Shown here one piece after another: positions 51,979 to 53,984 of a stretch of 53,984 bases of DNA (position 1 is the first letter of the stretch; each line of letters opens with the position of its first letter). A model generated the notes under the pieces. It saw nothing but the letters and a program-made list of their open reading frames with translations, ran no database searches and was not told the origin of the DNA. Origin of the DNA: Candidatus Oleincola secundus (GTDB lineage: Bacteria > Atribacterota > Phoenicimicrobiia > Phoenicimicrobiales > Stramentimicrobiaceae). The translations under genes and the position numbers were made by a program. The stretch lies in assembly GCA_018400815.1 (NCBI GenBank), contig JAGYLS010000004.1:1-53984 (forward strand), given 5' to 3'.

Positions 51979-52401
51979 TTAATACTGGTTGCTTTTTTCA
52001 ATTTTCCCCAGTACTCCATTAACAAAACCAAAGGAGCCTTCAGTGCTATACTTTTTAGCTAATTCTACGGCTTCATTAATAGATACGCTTTTTGGTATAT
52101 TTTCAATAAAAACAATTTCATAGATGGCAATTCGCAATATATTTCTATCAATATTTGCCATCCTTTCAATTGTCCAATGGCTGGCATGTTCCTTAATCAA
52201 AGGATCAATATCAGTAAGATTACTGAGCACGCCTCTCACCAATTGCAGAGAAAAATCAATAATGGCATCAGGGTCATTGAGCTGCATAATTTGTTCAGTC
52301 TGAAATGTGTAGCTGCTAGCATCATCCACATTACAGTGAACCAAGTCTACCTGGAAAAGGATTTTGAGTGCCATTTCTCTGGATGTTCTTCTGTTTCCCA
52401 T
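51979..52401 (-). CDS. nusB: Antitermination factor NusB
   Basis: RRTSRE, DRNILR, INEAVELAK, FVNGVL. Confidence 0.97.
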   Translation of the reverse strand: MGNRRTSREMALKILFQVDLVHCNVDDASSYTFQTEQIMQLNDPDAIIDFSLQLVRGVLSNLTDIDPLIKEHASHWTIERMANIDRNILRIAIYEIVFIENIPKSVSINEAVELAKKYSTEGSFGFVNGVLGKIEKSNQY

Positions 52402-52446
52402 TGCTTCCTCTATTTTTTCTTGTCAAATTAATCTTCTTCTATTTCG

Positions 52447-52890
52447 TCAAAATATTTTTACAAACATTTCTGGAATTATCAATTTATCTTTATTTTGATA
52501 TTTATTAGGATAACGAATACCATTTATGTGAATATTAATTATGTTTATATCCAATCCAGCTACTTCCTTTAATTTTTCCTTTACTTTTGCCTGTATTTCC
52601 CAGGTTAAATCAGGAATTCTTATACCATAATTTATAATTAGGAAAAGATTTATGATAACGGAATCAGGCTTTATTTCAATTTTTATTTCCTGGGGGGTTC
52701 CTTCATTTTTCTCCTGTGTACTCTGCTTGATTTTATTGCTTAATTCCCTTAATCTTGTCTTTCCGGGTACCACAACACCCTTGATATCCTTTAATACCAG
52801 ATGGATTAATGATTCTATAGTCATTCTGGAAATATTTATATTCCCTTTATCAGTATTAACTGTTGCAAATTCCATAAAAATTCCTTTCAA
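52447..52890 (-). CDS. Asp23/Gls24 family protein (start may be 52875)
   Basis: GNINIS, YGIRIPDL...IQAKVK...INIHI; efp-asp23-nusB synteny. Confidence 0.88.
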   Translation of the reverse strand: MKGIFMEFATVNTDKGNINISRMTIESLIHLVLKDIKGVVVPGKTRLRELSNKIKQSTQEKNEGTPQEIKIEIKPDSVIINLFLIINYGIRIPDLTWEIQAKVKEKLKEVAGLDINIINIHINGIRYPNKYQNKDKLIIPEMFVKIF

Positions 52891-52926
52891 TGGATGATAT
52901 TATTATCCCCTTGAATTTTTTATTTC

Positions 52927-53487
52927 TTACTGCACTCTCTCCTGGTATTTCTTGTCTTTAGAATTAACTTTAATAATATCCCCTTCTTTAATAAAAAGTG
53001 GAACCTGGACAACTGCACCGGTTTCTAGAGTCGCTGGCTTCAATGCTCCTGATACTGTATTACCCTTTGCACCTGGTATGGTATTAACTACCTCCAGGGC
53101 AATACTGCCAGGAAGTTCTACACCCATAACTCTACCTTTCCAAAAAGTAATCTGCACATCATTGCCTTCTTTCAATAAATCCGCAGAATCTCCGATCTGG
53201 TCATGATTAATGGGAATTTGTTCATAATTATCTTTATCCATAAAGTAATAGTCATGTCCGTCATTATAGATATATTGCATATCTTTACGATCAACAATAG
53301 CCTGTTCAACCTTTTCACCGGCCCGGAAAGTTTTGTCAATAACCGCTCCGGTTTGAAAGTTTTTTAATTTCGTTCTGACAAAAGCTCCTCCTTTGCCCGG
53401 CTTTACATGCTGGAATTCAATAATAATATATAAATCCTGATCGAGCTCAATACTTAATCCGTTTTTAAAATCACTTGTGGAAATCAA
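52927..53487 (-). CDS. efp: Elongation factor P
   Basis: HVKPGKGGAF, KPATLETG, VPLFI; TTG start with AGGAGG. Confidence 0.98.
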   Translation of the reverse strand: MISTSDFKNGLSIELDQDLYIIIEFQHVKPGKGGAFVRTKLKNFQTGAVIDKTFRAGEKVEQAIVDRKDMQYIYNDGHDYYFMDKDNYEQIPINHDQIGDSADLLKEGNDVQITFWKGRVMGVELPGSIALEVVNTIPGAKGNTVSGALKPATLETGAVVQVPLFIKEGDIIKVNSKDKKYQERVQ

Positions 53488-53630
53488 TGACGATCCTCCT
53501 TCAACAATTAATTATTATAACTACAAAATAATTGTTTGATTATAACACATACTTACTAAAAAAGTCTTTGCTATTTAGTATTTAGTCGATAGTAAAAACT
53601 GTTTTTATTTATCAGTTATCAGTTAAAACT

Positions 53631-53828
53631 AGTATCAAGTATACAGTATCGTGTATCGAGTCAAAATACAATATAGTATTCTTGACAAGTAACAATCGAG
53701 CAACTATAAAACTAATAATTAAAGACAGACTTCTAATTCTCTAAATCCAACATATTTTTTTATTTCTTCAATTTTTGCTTGCAACTTATTCTCGCAGTAT
53801 TTGACTACATACTGCATACTCGATACTG
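53631..53828. repeat. Heptamer-periodic inverted repeat pair
   Basis: Left arm AGTATCA-AGTATAC-AGTATCG-TGTATCG-AGTCAAAATAC; right arm reverse complement AGTATCG-AGTATGC-AGTATGT-AGTCAAATAC. Confidence 0.8.
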
Positions 53829-53838
53829 ACGAATAATT

Positions 53839-53984
53839 TGTCATTAAGAGAATGGCTTTAGCCATTCATGGCAATCTCAGTTTTATAAATAACAGTATCG
53901 AGAAATTCGGAGATAGTGCCACAAACGGGAACTGTCACCATTATTTACCCTTTCCCTATATTTCCCTCTCCCCTCGGAGGGAGA
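53839..53984. repeat. Cluster of REP-like short palindromes
   Basis: GAATGGC-ttta-GCCATTC within TGTCATT...GGCAATCTC; GATAGTGCC...GGAACTGTC; CCCTCTCCCCTCGGAGGGAGA cut by the window edge. Confidence 0.55.

Noticed and set aside
1009-53206. Numerous 60-125 aa ORFs overlapping the housekeeping genes, mostly antisense
   Set aside because: Shadow ORFs of conserved genes with no RBS or motifs.

Overview
AT-rich bacterial chromosome segment made mostly of housekeeping genes in a Firmicutes-like order: dnaG-rpoD-tRNA-Asn on +; then, read along the - strand, efp-asp23-nusB-xseAB-ispA-rph-rdgB, a 7-tRNA operon, tig-clpP-clpX, T-box-valS-folC-comEA-comEC-holA, murJ-lepA-hemW-CIRCE-hrcA-grpE-dnaK-dnaJ-mtaB, nusA-ylxR-infB-DUF503-rbfA-nrnA-truB-ribF-rpsO-pnp-dut-uppP-ftsK (rpsT on +). 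DnaK carries the diderm-type insertion, so a lineage such as Atribacterota is plausible (inference, not verified). The only accessory region is ~3.26-10.2 kb, directly behind tRNA-Asn. It is cut into units by four degenerate ~50-bp direct repeats (3390, 4645, 9124, 9903), each resembling the tRNA 3' end followed by a terminator-like hairpin. Two of them also carry an identical 17-bp upstream arm that reads on the - strand like a recombinase C-terminal tail. No integrase is present. The cargo is an orphan membrane protein, a c-di-GMP module (unannotated 31-aa ORF, unannotated 56-aa zinc-ribbon protein, PAS-GAF-PAS-HD-GYP, 7TM-PAS-GGDEF; the two large genes are interrupted) and a radical SAM remnant. 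Other oddities: a valS T-box with a short Stem I, a rimP-type leader without rimP, tRNA-Arg(UCG), a one-base frameshift in valS, and several REP-like or heptamer-periodic palindromes.
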